DNA of 57,418 bases, filler included, from Sphacelaria rigidula (Eukaryota), in the NCBI GenBank assembly GCA_964200075.2. It is 6 parts of 6 records of this genome, joined end to end, with 100 filler letters (N's around TTAATTAATTAA, not from the genome) between each part and the next. Parts side by side here need not be neighbours in the genome. Positions count along the whole stretch, not along the records: positions 1 to 9,487 come from CAXNAA020008375.1; positions 9,588 to 19,074 come from CAXNAA020008376.1; 4 more parts are not named here. The stretch is one strand, 5' to 3'. The position numbers and the translations under genes are program-made. Shown here in pieces: positions 1 through 9,719 of this stretch. Position 1 is the first letter of the stretch, and each line of letters opens with the position of its first letter. Under the pieces are notes generated by a model, which was not told the DNA's origin, did no database searches, and saw only the letters and a program-made list of their open reading frames with translations.

Positions 1-95
1 GTGAGAAAAAATCCCAGATCGCTCCGAGATTTAAACCCACGACCCAACCGTCAGAAGGTCCCGAGGCTACCAACTGAGTCACCGGGTCGACCGGC
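1..95 (-). mobile_element. tRNA-derived SINE, 5' head (runs off contig start)
   Basis: Reverse complement GCCGGTCGACCCGGTGACTCAGTTGGTAGCCTCGGGACCTTCTGACGGTTGGGTCGTGGGTTTAAATCTCGG...GGGATTTTTTCTCAC aligns with the head of the full copy at 54305-54400; A-box and degenerate B-box visible. Confidence 0.8.
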
Positions 96-117
96 TTTAA
101 TAACTCAATCAATCCAA

Positions 118-620
118 CCTCTGGGATTTCAAACCGACAATTTTCCATGTCGCACAAGATCCCCAAGAACACGATCTTTGTTGTGGGCTCTAGTGTGCAT
201 TTGGGGTTGGACATGGAGTACCCACAGCAATAGGTGTTAGGCGGGTAACTTTTTGTCGAGCGGGAACTCGTCAGCCAAAAACCACCAATCGACGCTAGTA
301 ATGGTACTCCTCGACATCGTAGATTCTGTGTCGCCACCTCGCTTAGTGTGTGGTAGGCGTAGGGGGAGCTGCACCAATCAAAACAGAGAACGGTCCATAC
401 GTCATATTCCCCTTTCTGCTCAAAACTCAAGTATTCCCATGGTGCTAGGTCGAGGGGCACATGGTGAAAGCCTGATACGTGGTGTAGTGTAACCTGGTGT
501 GCACCCTACCACGAGCACAGGATCGCCTCCCTTAACCCGTCCACCATGAACATCGTACCCAAGCAAGCACATGAGCTTCAGCCATAGGCCGTCCTTGATC
601 AGTAATGGTTCTACAACTAA
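118..620 (-). mobile_element. Decayed DIRS/Ngaro-type (tyrosine-recombinase retrotransposon) reverse transcriptase fragment
   Basis: Manual translation: SGFHHVPLDLAPWEYLSFEQKGEYDVWTVLCFDWCSSPYAYHTLSEVATQNLRCRGVPLLASIGGFWL, then after a frameshift CGYSMSNPKCTLEPTTKIVFLGILCDMENCRFEIPE. Matches DIRS-like RT motifs (LxFGWxxSP; KxxLxPTxxIxFLG); the catalytic xxDD is mutated. Confidence 0.75.
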
Positions 621-984
621 ACGGGAGAGACATGCGTGGCTTTGGTTGGCGGGGACGTCCGCTGTCTCCACCCCGAGTACGTTTGTAGACTAGGCTGTAC
701 TATGCTAACTTCGGCGTGTGCTTGTGCTGAGCGAGCGTTGGCGAATTTAGACCGTACTACTGTGCGTTGCATTTGGTCGAGCTCTGCCGTGGACGAGGCG
801 GCATTGCGCGGTGTGAGCCTTATCGCGTGCATGTGCTTGTGACGAGCGGATTTCGGCGAACGCTTCCGTGCGGCGTTTGCACGGGCGAGCTGCTGCACGT
901 GGCCGTCCCATGGAGAGTTGAGCGTGGTTGAATGGGCACGGCGTAGAGCGAATTTCGGACTGGGCGCCAGCTGGTCTGCGCGAA

Positions 985-1440
985 CTGTGCTGTGCGGTGC
1001 GATGCTATGCGATGCTATGCTATGCCCAAATCTGTACTGTGCGGGCGGCTATATGCAGGGCGGACGTTTGCGGGGCTGGGCACAATCAAGGCGAATTGAA
1101 CTTGCCGGGCGATAGCTGGTCGGCGTTACTTTGCTGTGTTGCGCTGTGCACCAATCTGTACTGTGCCGACGACGAAGTGCCGGGACGGACATCTACGGGG
1201 TGGCGTGCGGGGCAGGGCGAATTTCTTGCCGAACGTTAGCTCATCTGCACGAACAGTTGAAGTGCTGTGCTGTGCCTCAAATCTGTACTGTACTGGCGAC
1301 TAAGTGCCGGGCGGACGTGTGCTGTGCTGGGTCAAGTTTTTTACTGTGCTGGGCGACTGAGTCCCGGGTGTGGGCTAGTGTGGACTAGCTGTGTTGTGCT
1401 ACTCTGCGCGATACTCCTGTGCAATGCTATGCTGCTTGTA
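985..1440. repeat. Degenerate tandem repeat, ~125-bp unit, GTGCT-rich
   Basis: AATCTGTACTGT...GGGCGGAC recurs at ~1030, ~1153 and ~1280. Confidence 0.6.
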
Positions 1441-1611
1441 CATTCCGCGTGGGCCTACCACAGCGCATTTTTTTTCTTGGGTCGGGAGGAGGGGGGGGGG
1501 GGGGGGGTAATTTTTTGGTTTCCGGTGTGGTTTGGCTTTTTGCCCCGCATCCTTNNNNNNNNNNGATATGGTTTCTTCTTTTTCCCTGCCGCGGGGGCCT
1601 ACGTGGGGGTT

Positions 1612-1648
<37 letters not shown>

Positions 1649-1653
<5 letters not shown>

Positions 1654-1744
1654 TTGTTGCTTGCCGTAGTCGTTTGGCTATTGACCACGCATCCATTGCG
1701 AGACGAGCACCGTTCCTACTCCTAATAGAGACATCCCCAACATT
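1649..1744 (-). mobile_element. 3' end of non-LTR retrotransposon (family A) followed by poly(C)
   Basis: Minus strand AATGTTGGGGATGTCTCTATTAGGAGTAGGAACGGTGCTCGTCTCGCAATGGATGCGTGGTCAATAGCCAAACGACTACGGCAAGCAACAAATTAACCCC matches the copy ending at 41093. Confidence 0.75.
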
Positions 1745-1856
1745 AGCATCAAGGCTTCCCACGTGATCTCCCACCGTAGTACTAGCCACACCCATCGCTG
1801 CTTAACCTCACAGAGCAGACGGGATGTTGTGCTATCGACGTCGTATGGCCGTTCTT
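1745..1856 (-). rRNA. 5S rRNA-derived copy (diverged, lacks last few nt; probably retroposed)
   Basis: Minus strand AAGAACGGCCATACGACGTCGATAGCACAACATCCCGTCTGCTCTGTGAGGTTAAGCAGCGATGGGTGTGGCTAGTACTACGGTGGGAGATCACGTGGGAAGCCTTGATGCT has eukaryotic 5S hallmarks (GGCCATAC, ATCCCGTC, GTTAAGC, TAGTACT, GGGAA). No oligo-T terminator follows. Confidence 0.85.
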
Positions 1857-2594
1857 TGGGGAGGGGGGACTAGATTGCGCCATTGAATAAGTGAACGACG
1901 AAACGGGCGTTGGGCTGCGTGCGGCGATTTTATCTCAACGCGGAGGGGGGGGGACACGCCTACGGTGCGGAGTGATGATGGTTGAGAACGGAATACCGTG
2001 GCAGTTGCTGATGTGCGGTGGTGTGACAACCCATGCATGCCGCGCACACAAGTAGTAGGGACGCCCACCGCGTGCGTCCGCTAGGTCATTGCACATGCGA
2101 AAAGAACTTGAATGGCCTGACAGGGCGCCAGAACGAACTCCACCACCGAGCCCGATAGTGGAGTTCGTCGTGACGAACACACTCAGACATGTTGCCCGGT
2201 CCAACCGTGTACCGATATCATGTACCTGCTATTCTACACGTGTGCGCTTCCAAGCGTTCCACGACATTGCAAACTGTGATCCGTTTTCGACCAGGAAACA
2301 TCAACCCGACTGTTGATTGTATGCCTCTTTTCTCTGGTACGGCATGTATTGTGATTACGAAGACAAAAATCCGAAGCATGCAATTTCGTACGGACTTCAC
2401 GCGAGGGTTATAATAGTGTGATGCTCAGGGGTGAACTTTTTTCGATGGCTGGGTGCTTTGCAAAACATCTTCTACTACAGTTTTAATATGCGAGGGGATC
2501 TGTTGCGTCACAACTTGAGTCGTTGAAGAAGATTAAAAAACCTGCAGTACGTCTTGATCGGCGAAGCATTGGTAATTTCATCCCCCCCCTCCCA

Positions 2595-2672
2595 GTGCTC
2601 TGTCTCGAAAGGGATGCGTGGTCAATGATCAACCGACCAAGGCAAGCAACAAATGAGGATGCACTCCTCCCC
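2595..2672 (+). mobile_element. LINE family A 3' end fragment
   Basis: GTCTCGAAAGGGATGCGTGGTCAATGATCAACCGACCAAGGCAAGCAACAAATGAG with C-rich tracts on both sides. Confidence 0.7.
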
Positions 2673-4488
2673 CTCGCGAAAAGAAACTAACCTTCCGAGT
2701 CTACACTCGGCGGCAGCTACAGCACAACGCCGTACTGCCACCCGCTTCCCCAATAATAACATCCTCTATTTTCCAATCCCCTTGCATGTACCTCTTTTCC
2801 TGACGCAGGCCATCGTTCAAGGATTGAGAAGAGCAGTTACGAAGCCATTTCGTCGTGGACCCAGTGAGAAAACGATCGATGCGTACGCACAAGGGGGTCT
2901 TGAGATACCAAATTCACTCAACACCGATGAGGATACACGGTGAATGGCAGCAACTAGACGAGGCACCCTTTTGTCGAGATGCTGTTCCCTTGCTTTGCTT
3001 TTGACGATAGCGTGTACAGGAAGTACAAGAAGCGAAAAGGATTTGTTCTTCATGGCTGGATCTTCGATCGGTTGGTTGATTGATCGCCGCACTTCAACTG
3101 ATCCCTCAGGGATACAGCTGTAACAAGGTTTTCGTGAGATTGAGAGTTGGGTGCGGATTGAGAGTGGCTTCGATCATTCGCTTTTACTTGGCCAATTTCT
3201 CATATCGTATGTGCTTTTCTTCGTCTCATCACTGCCCTGTGCTCACAGCTACACTTTGATATCCTACTCAGGGGTATCGAGGGCCTCAGTGGCAAGTTAC
3301 TACGGAGAGAATATTGGGCCTGGTGGAGGTGCATTTCGGAACTGAAACGGCCTTTCACTAAGTGACCGCTTTTTACTGTCAGTCATACCTTCATCTCTTG
3401 ATTTCTCGCAAACGTGTTTCTATTATTACATTGTAGACGTACCCGAGCTACTCTAGTAGCTTCCTACGCAGGACCAGTCTTACGCCGAAATTCAAAAACA
3501 ATATATGTAAATGCCCGCACTTCGCCTCCGTACAAAAATCCTTGCATCTTTGAACCGACCAGAATTTTTGTATTTCTCCACCGTGGCTAGAGTAGCCGCC
3601 GTGGAACTTGGCACACTAGTCGTACATGACACAGACAATACGTGCATAGGTGGGCGGAAAGAAGTCGGATTTTGTTCGAATAAATATTGCTTATTTTCAT
3701 CTTGGCGTGAGACTGGAACCCGAGCCTTCTGCCGCTTCATGCTCCCACCAGCGGCGACTTTCCCCTTTTTCCGAACCCATCGCCGGCTGCTGATGGGTAA
3801 ACATACACACATCTTCTCCATTTACATCCGCAATAACAAGCTTCAACGCCATGCGTAGCAGCTCTGCTGACACAGTGCGGGTGTCGCCTTTTTTTCTGGA
3901 TCCTGTTCACACGCAGGAGCACCCTCACACGGTTTTATCCTGCACGGTACCCGCCTCCCACCTGCGTTCAAAAACCAAAGAGGGTTGCACGAACACGTCT
4001 AACCGGTCAGCCTTTTGTCCCTCCATTATGCGCGGAGGAAGGCCGCTGCAGAGCAAGACGCTACGAGCATTCGCGCGTGCGACAAAACTACGGATGACTT
4101 TTCGAGGGTATGCGTGCACCACTCTTGAAGAAAAAACCTCACCTGGAGAATGGAAGTGCGATATCCAGGCAGGAGCTTCCAGTGGGAGCGCAACAGTAGT
4201 TGTTGGGCATGGATACATTCCAAGCACCGAATTGCATAATTTCCAGCTTGGTCGCAAATCGCCTCCATCTCTCCGATGCTGATCCCGACAGACAGCAGCA
4301 GCATGATGCCTAATTTGAATTCCTCTCCTCCCCAGCCATCCCGACAATTTACATCACGTTACACTCGCAAAACCTCCCCCCACAAAAAAGAAAGCCCCAA
4401 TCGAAATGGTCGGCGAACAAATCGACGCATGCCATATCCGCCGATCCGTACCACGCCCTCCCTCCCGCCCGTTCTTGCCGTTACCGCG

Positions 4489-5505
4489 TCACTTGGATGC
4501 TCCGGTTCCCGTCAAAAACAGCCACTCCCGATCTCGACGGATGATCGCCACCAGTCGCACAGCGGCCTTGTACGCCTGCTCCACGGGTATGCTCCCAGAG
4601 GGAAAACAAACATGTAGCTCGTCGCGCTCACCCCAGCTGTCGCCGCCGCTGCCACCTCTAATGAGACTGCCACCCCCCCCAGACAGCGCTCCTGACCATC
4701 GGCTGCCGCCCGATCCATCATCGCGCCGGCCGAACAGCGAAACAAAAGTCTCCGTGGCTCCGATCTCGTACACCAAGCTATGCACAGGATCGGCCTCAAA
4801 AATTGCTGTCGCCTCGGCAAATCCAGACGCTTCACCGCCCGAGCCCGCCCGACCGCTGCCGCCGTTACCAGCATCCGCCTGCTCTTGGTCCCCAGCAGAC
4901 GGCGAAAATCCAGATGTTCCGTCGTTCGACGCGCCACCACCACATCCGTTCTCGCTATATCGGGAGAAGACGCGGCCCTCTTGCGAGCTTCCCCGTCGTA
5001 ACCTCAGGGCGGCACGAGTGTAGTGACCCCAAATCCGCCGCTGGGCGCCGTGGTCACCTGCGAGGGTGGAGGCAAACGGAGACGTCATCACTTGATTCAC
5101 GCAGGGAGCCCCGCCCCTTCGACCGCGAAGACAGTAGAAGAAGTGGAGGGCGTTGAGCTGCGAGCAGAACCTGTTGAGGATGCTCTCCCTTTCGGCGCTC
5201 GCGCCGGCACCGAGATAACGGTCCCAGTTCAGCCCTAACGTGGACCGGAAGCGGGATTCGAGGGCCGTCCGCGCCCGTCGGAATGCTTGGAATTGCTCCG
5301 CGGACGCCTCTGCGGACACGAGGATGAGGCATGAATTCCCTGTGCGAGTGGGTCGTTGCTGTTGCTCTTGACGTGGTTGGTCCTCGGTGCTGCCGTTATC
5401 GGTGATGCTGGTGCTGATGTCATCGTTGCTGCTACTGCCATTGCCTTGTTCGGTGGTTGGTTCTTCGGGATCGTCCAGGAAGGCGATGTAGGCATACAGG
5501 TAGCC
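4489..5505 (-). CDS. MON1: Vacuolar fusion protein Mon1, exon 3 (terminal)
   Basis: Acceptor CAG|GGCTAC; GYLYAYIAFLD...LHFFY...AVRLVAIIRRDREWLFL...ASK*; phase 0 join to exon 2 restores WTPVCFPRFQEKGYLYAY, the Mon1 signature. Confidence 0.9.
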   Translation of the reverse strand, partial: GYLYAYIAFLDDPEEPTTEQGNGSSSNDDISTSITDNGSTEDQPRQEQQQRPTRTGNSCLILVSAEASAEQFQAFRRARTALESRFRSTLGLNWDRYLGAGASAERESILNRFCSQLNALHFFYCLRGRRGGAPCVNQVMTSPFASTLAGDHGAQRRIWGHYTRAALRLRRGSSQEGRVFSRYSENGCGGGASNDGTSGFSPSAGDQEQADAGNGGSGRAGSGGEASGFAEATAIFEADPVHSLVYEIGATETFVSLFGRRDDGSGGSRWSGALSGGGGSLIRGGSGGDSWGERDELHVCFPSGSIPVEQAYKAAVRLVAIIRRDREWLFLTGTGASK

Positions 5506-6550
5506 CTGGGTCCCCAGAGAAAGGCGAATCACGAAGCAGCGGGTGGTGGGCTAGGGCATGAGAACAAGATAGGGCGGAGAAATCACGGCAGTGTCCCGAG
5601 TAGATGATGACGCCGGAACCGTCAAAACGGTACGCGAGCGAGTAAACAACAGATACTATGCTGCAGCGTATGTACAACGCATACCAACTCGTGCCTGTGG
5701 CGCCCCATCAACAAAAGCGCGATGTTCAGCAGAACGCATACGTCTGGTTTTGTATATAAAACATTCATCAAGTTTTGAAGCTTCGATGGCATGTACAAGC
5801 GTCGACGACAATTCGATGCAGAAGATCATTCATGAGTGCCGGACAGATCCGACGACATGATGACTGGGCATAAAACGATACCGTGGCCAGTACAGTGTAT
5901 GAAAGCGGTCAATCCGGCATCATGAGATCAGAGAAAAAAGACGCCCGAAGCAGGTGGAGTCGAAAGTACCTCGCCATTTTGAGTCATTGTTCAGTACTCG
6001 TACAGGACAGCCCTGGCGAATTGCCTCGAACTTCATTGTTCTACGCAATATCCCGCTTGTTTTCCTCCATTTTCTTGAAGAACACTCATAGAATGGACGC
6101 ATCATTGCGTGTTCTCGGCAAAAAAACGGAAGTGTAGTCAAATCTACACATTTTTTGCGCCGGGAGAAAAACTCAGTGACGACTGCATTTCAAGGCGGGG
6201 AAAAGAAACAAGTGACTGTTTTCTTAACCGCTGTCCCTGAAGACCTATCCGGTTCTCCAGTGGAGCAACCGGAATCTCAGCTAGAGTGACTCAAAAACAA
6301 GATGCGATATCCAACGTCCGCGGATCGTACTCCTTCTTGTGTACCACCTGTCGCAATATCAAACGTCCATTAATCGAGAAAAAGAACCCTGCGTCGCATC
6401 GCGCGGGCAGAACCGTCGAACCGTCACAAGTTTCAGGACTACTGAGTAGAAGCGAAGACAGAAAAATGATGGATACAAAACACACAACGACACTACACAT
6501 CAATGCCGCCCACTTACAAATTAGGTTTCGCTCCTCGTCATCACACACAC

Positions 6551-6949
6551 CTTCTCTTGGAACCGAGGAAAGCAGACGGGCGTCCACGATTCGGCGGTAC
6601 GCAAGGCGGGCTGCGTGGCGACGAAATTCACCAGGAGCAACAGATCCTGCGAATGAAGACGTTGCGCAGGAGCCCGCGGCTGCGCGAGCGCAATCAGCTT
6701 CTCACCACAGAGCCAAATCGCGTACAGCGCACTCGGTCCCGCCGCTGCTGATTGCGCCGTCTGTAGTGCGCTGCCCAGCTTCGCCCTGATGGCGGGGTCC
6801 ATCCAGACTGTTTCGACCCCGCCGGCCAACATGCGACCACGACCTCGAGCAGGCTCGGCGAGGTCTGTGATGCCCTTCAGAGAGGTGTCTGCGCCGCCGA
6901 GGAGGCCACGGAGGTCGTAGCCAGGTGAACGACGGAAGACTGCTTGTAC
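6551..6949 (-). CDS. MON1: Mon1 exon 2
   Basis: Acceptor CAG|GTACAA, donor AAG|GTGTGT, 399 nt; FRRSPGYDLRGLLGG, LHSQDLLLLVNFV, ESWTPVCFPRF. Confidence 0.92.
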
Positions 6950-7479
6950 CTGCGTACGACGGGAGGTCCGATGTAGATGAAAGTAAAAGGTAGCGAGGCG
7001 CACATCCGGTGTTGCGTTTGTTCGTACGGCGGTTTGGTTTGGTTCGGTTCCAAAAAGAAGAATAAGAAGAATAAAAAACGAGTGTTCGAGATCATGAGAG
7101 GGATGCCACGGTCCACTTCGGTGACGAAATGCGAATTAGTTTTCAGCGGCTGCTGAATACATTGCACTCGCGAGCAGGGGACTTTCGAAACGCACGTTGT
7201 GTTCATGAGCGACTTGATTTGTGTGACTGAGTAGATCGGAAAAGATCGAGGGACTGTCCGTCGATGAAATAAACGGAACAATTTGCAAGGGCTAACAAAG
7301 GGTCAGACAAGGAGGGCAGACAGACTACGGCCCAAGTGACGCAAGAGTAGACGGGAAAAACAAAGCGGGAGTCAATGGGCAACCATGCACGCGCAAAAAC
7401 ATGCAAAGACCACCGCGCACGTCCTGTTCTGTACCACATACCACATATGCAGTATAGTGCACGTACTCTCGCAACGTAC

Positions 7480-8607
7480 CTTGGATGTGAGGAGAAACAC
7501 GATGCTGGCATACATATACTCAAGCTGCAGCCGGAGGAACGTTTCGGGTTCCTGGTCAACAAAGCATCCTCCTACACAAACACCACAACCATCTTCACCA
7601 GTATCGCTTCTTCCGTTCTCATGCCTCGCACCATCCACGGCCCATGCCCCTGCCCCGTCAACCTCACTATCACCATCCTGCCCACGGGCATTTCGCCCGG
7701 TACCACCCTCCTCACGATAGAAACAGGTCGACGATGAAACGGCCACCAGCACGAGATCACCCCGTCGCAGAAACACGAACCGGCGGTTGGCGGTAGAAAT
7801 GGACTCCATTTCGTCATCACCGCCCTCGCCCCCGCAGTCGATGCAGAGCGAAAGAAGTCCTTGGATGAGGCCCATGAGGGTGGATAGGCTTTGCTCGTCT
7901 CCGGACAGAGAGAACACCGGCTTGCCGGCTGTGCTGAGCACAAAGATGTGCTTGGGGGCGTCCCAGTGAAAACGGTCACGGTTGTTATCTTCGGCGTTTG
8001 CTGTGGTCCTCGGCTGTTGCTGGTACAGTTCGCCGCATTCAGTATCAGCATCAGCATCAGCCGTCACCACTACTGCTGCAGGATTGCCGGCCTTGGCTGC
8101 AATAAGCTCGGAAATACTCCCGTCCTTCTGCTTGATTGTTCTTCGTGCCTCTGGATCACAGCTCAGCTTGCCCACATCATCGCGTGTTGCAGTTGCTGCA
8201 ACGAAGTCTTCCTCTGGTGTCCCCGTGTTGCTCGTTCCGCCATCCACCTCTCCTTGGCGTTGCTGTCCAGCCAAGGATACTTGATCGCTTGCCATGAGAA
8301 GGTCATCGCCCTGACCACTACTACTGCTAGTGCCACCGCTAGTGGAAGCACCGCATGATGCTGCTTCTCCGGTCGTATCATCGCTGCACATCTCTACCTC
8401 CTCTACCATCGTGGGACTACCACTACCGCTGCAAGCGTCAACCGTCGCCTCTCGCCCCGCTACTTGTTTGTGTGGGACCCGAGATGAAAGCGAATAGGGT
8501 GCCGACTCTGACACTATATTATCTTGCATGCAATCGATTTTTTCATTGGCAGGCCCTGAGCTGTCTGCACCTGCAGCACTAGCCACGCCCCCTACTGGAT
8601 GGATCAT
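7480..8607 (-). CDS. MON1: Mon1 exon 1 (start codon tentative)
   Basis: ATG at 8607, donor AAG|GTACGT, 1128 nt; low-complexity N-terminus then KHIFVLSTAGKPVFS, FVFLRRGDLVLVAVS, LRLQLEYMYASIVFLLT (first longin domain). Spliced product is 847 aa. Confidence 0.88.
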
Positions 8608-8740
8608 AGGGTCGTATGGGAGAAGAAAGCGAACTTGTTTATTATTTCACACAATCATATTCATCACAGTAGCCTCGATTTATCATACCCGCGATCGAAG
8701 CGTCTTCACCCTTGAAGACAACGGCACGTTAGCTTTATCT

Positions 8741-8985
8741 ATGTTGTGGGTACACAAAATTCGACTTAACGATCGATGAGGGAAAGGAACTGCTGAACCC
8801 CTCTCGCGATAAAAAATAGAGGCAAGCACCGCAGAAGGAAGGTGGGGTACTAAAAACAAATGAAAAACAAAAAAGCCCCTGGCTTGACCTTCCTCCTGTG
8901 CAACTCCGGCTGGTGCGCCCACATATACCGAAAGGTGTAGACCGGCGCCCGGAATAGATGGGACGATAACACACACACACACACA
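8741..8985 (+). mobile_element. 5'-truncated tRNA-SINE copy with (AC)n tail
   Basis: Aligns with 54426-54637; ends GGAATAGATGGGACGATA(AC)n; flanked by 48-bp direct repeats 8681-8728 and 8987-9034. Confidence 0.85.
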
Positions 8986-9487
8986 GTATCATACCCGCGA
9001 GCGATGCGTCTTCAACCTTGAACACAACGGCACGGTATGTCCGTATTTTACTGTGCGATGGGTCGCGTGCACATCAAGGTAGCATGTGCAAGCTAATGCC
9101 AGTTTGAATCCAACGATGATTTTGTTACATCGCGCGGCGGATGGTAATCCGTCAGCGGGCTTGTCTCAGGGTTAGCCCACTTTTTTTATCGAAATCCTCG
9201 GGCCGACAGAATCTGGTGTCTTGACATTAATAATCAAACCCCTTCTCATATCTGCGATTTACTTCTTACTTCCGTATGGGGCATCTGATGTGGACTCCTT
9301 CCGTGGTCACAGGCGATGTACACAAATAATAAGGAGGCGTAAAGGAACTCAAATGAAAAATAAATTAGGACAGAAAAATCAGAGAAGCCAGGGGGGTCTC
9401 TGGATTGGAAATGACCAACCCCAACCCCCTACGAGCCCCACTTTTGGGCCCCATTTTTCCAACAAAAACACGTAAATTTCTTTTTTA

Positions 9488-9587
9488 NNNNNNNNNNNNN
9501 NNNNNNNNNNNNNNNNNNNNNNNNNNNNNNNTTAATTAATTAANNNNNNNNNNNNNNNNNNNNNNNNNNNNNNNNNNNNNNNNNNNN
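9488..9587. other. Artificial contig spacer
   Basis: 44 N + TTAATTAATTAA (stops in six frames) + 44 N. Confidence 0.98.
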
Positions 9588-9719
9588 TGGAGAAAGCACT
9601 GTTTTAGGCTTGAACCTCATCTCGGAGTTAAACCTCAATTCGCACAATTTGTTGTTAAGACCTGTTATGCGCGAGCTTTGACGCATGGCGGTAATCTGAA
9701 GAGACATGGGACGATGTCT

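Noticed and set aside
1450-1648. Poly-G/poly-T block with hydrophobic ORFs
   Set aside because: Surrounds a 10-N gap and looks like low-quality sequence after G homopolymers.
4406-5023. Long plus-strand ORFs overlapping MON1 (also 6286-6789, 7891-8358)
   Set aside because: Antisense shadows of GC-rich coding exons.
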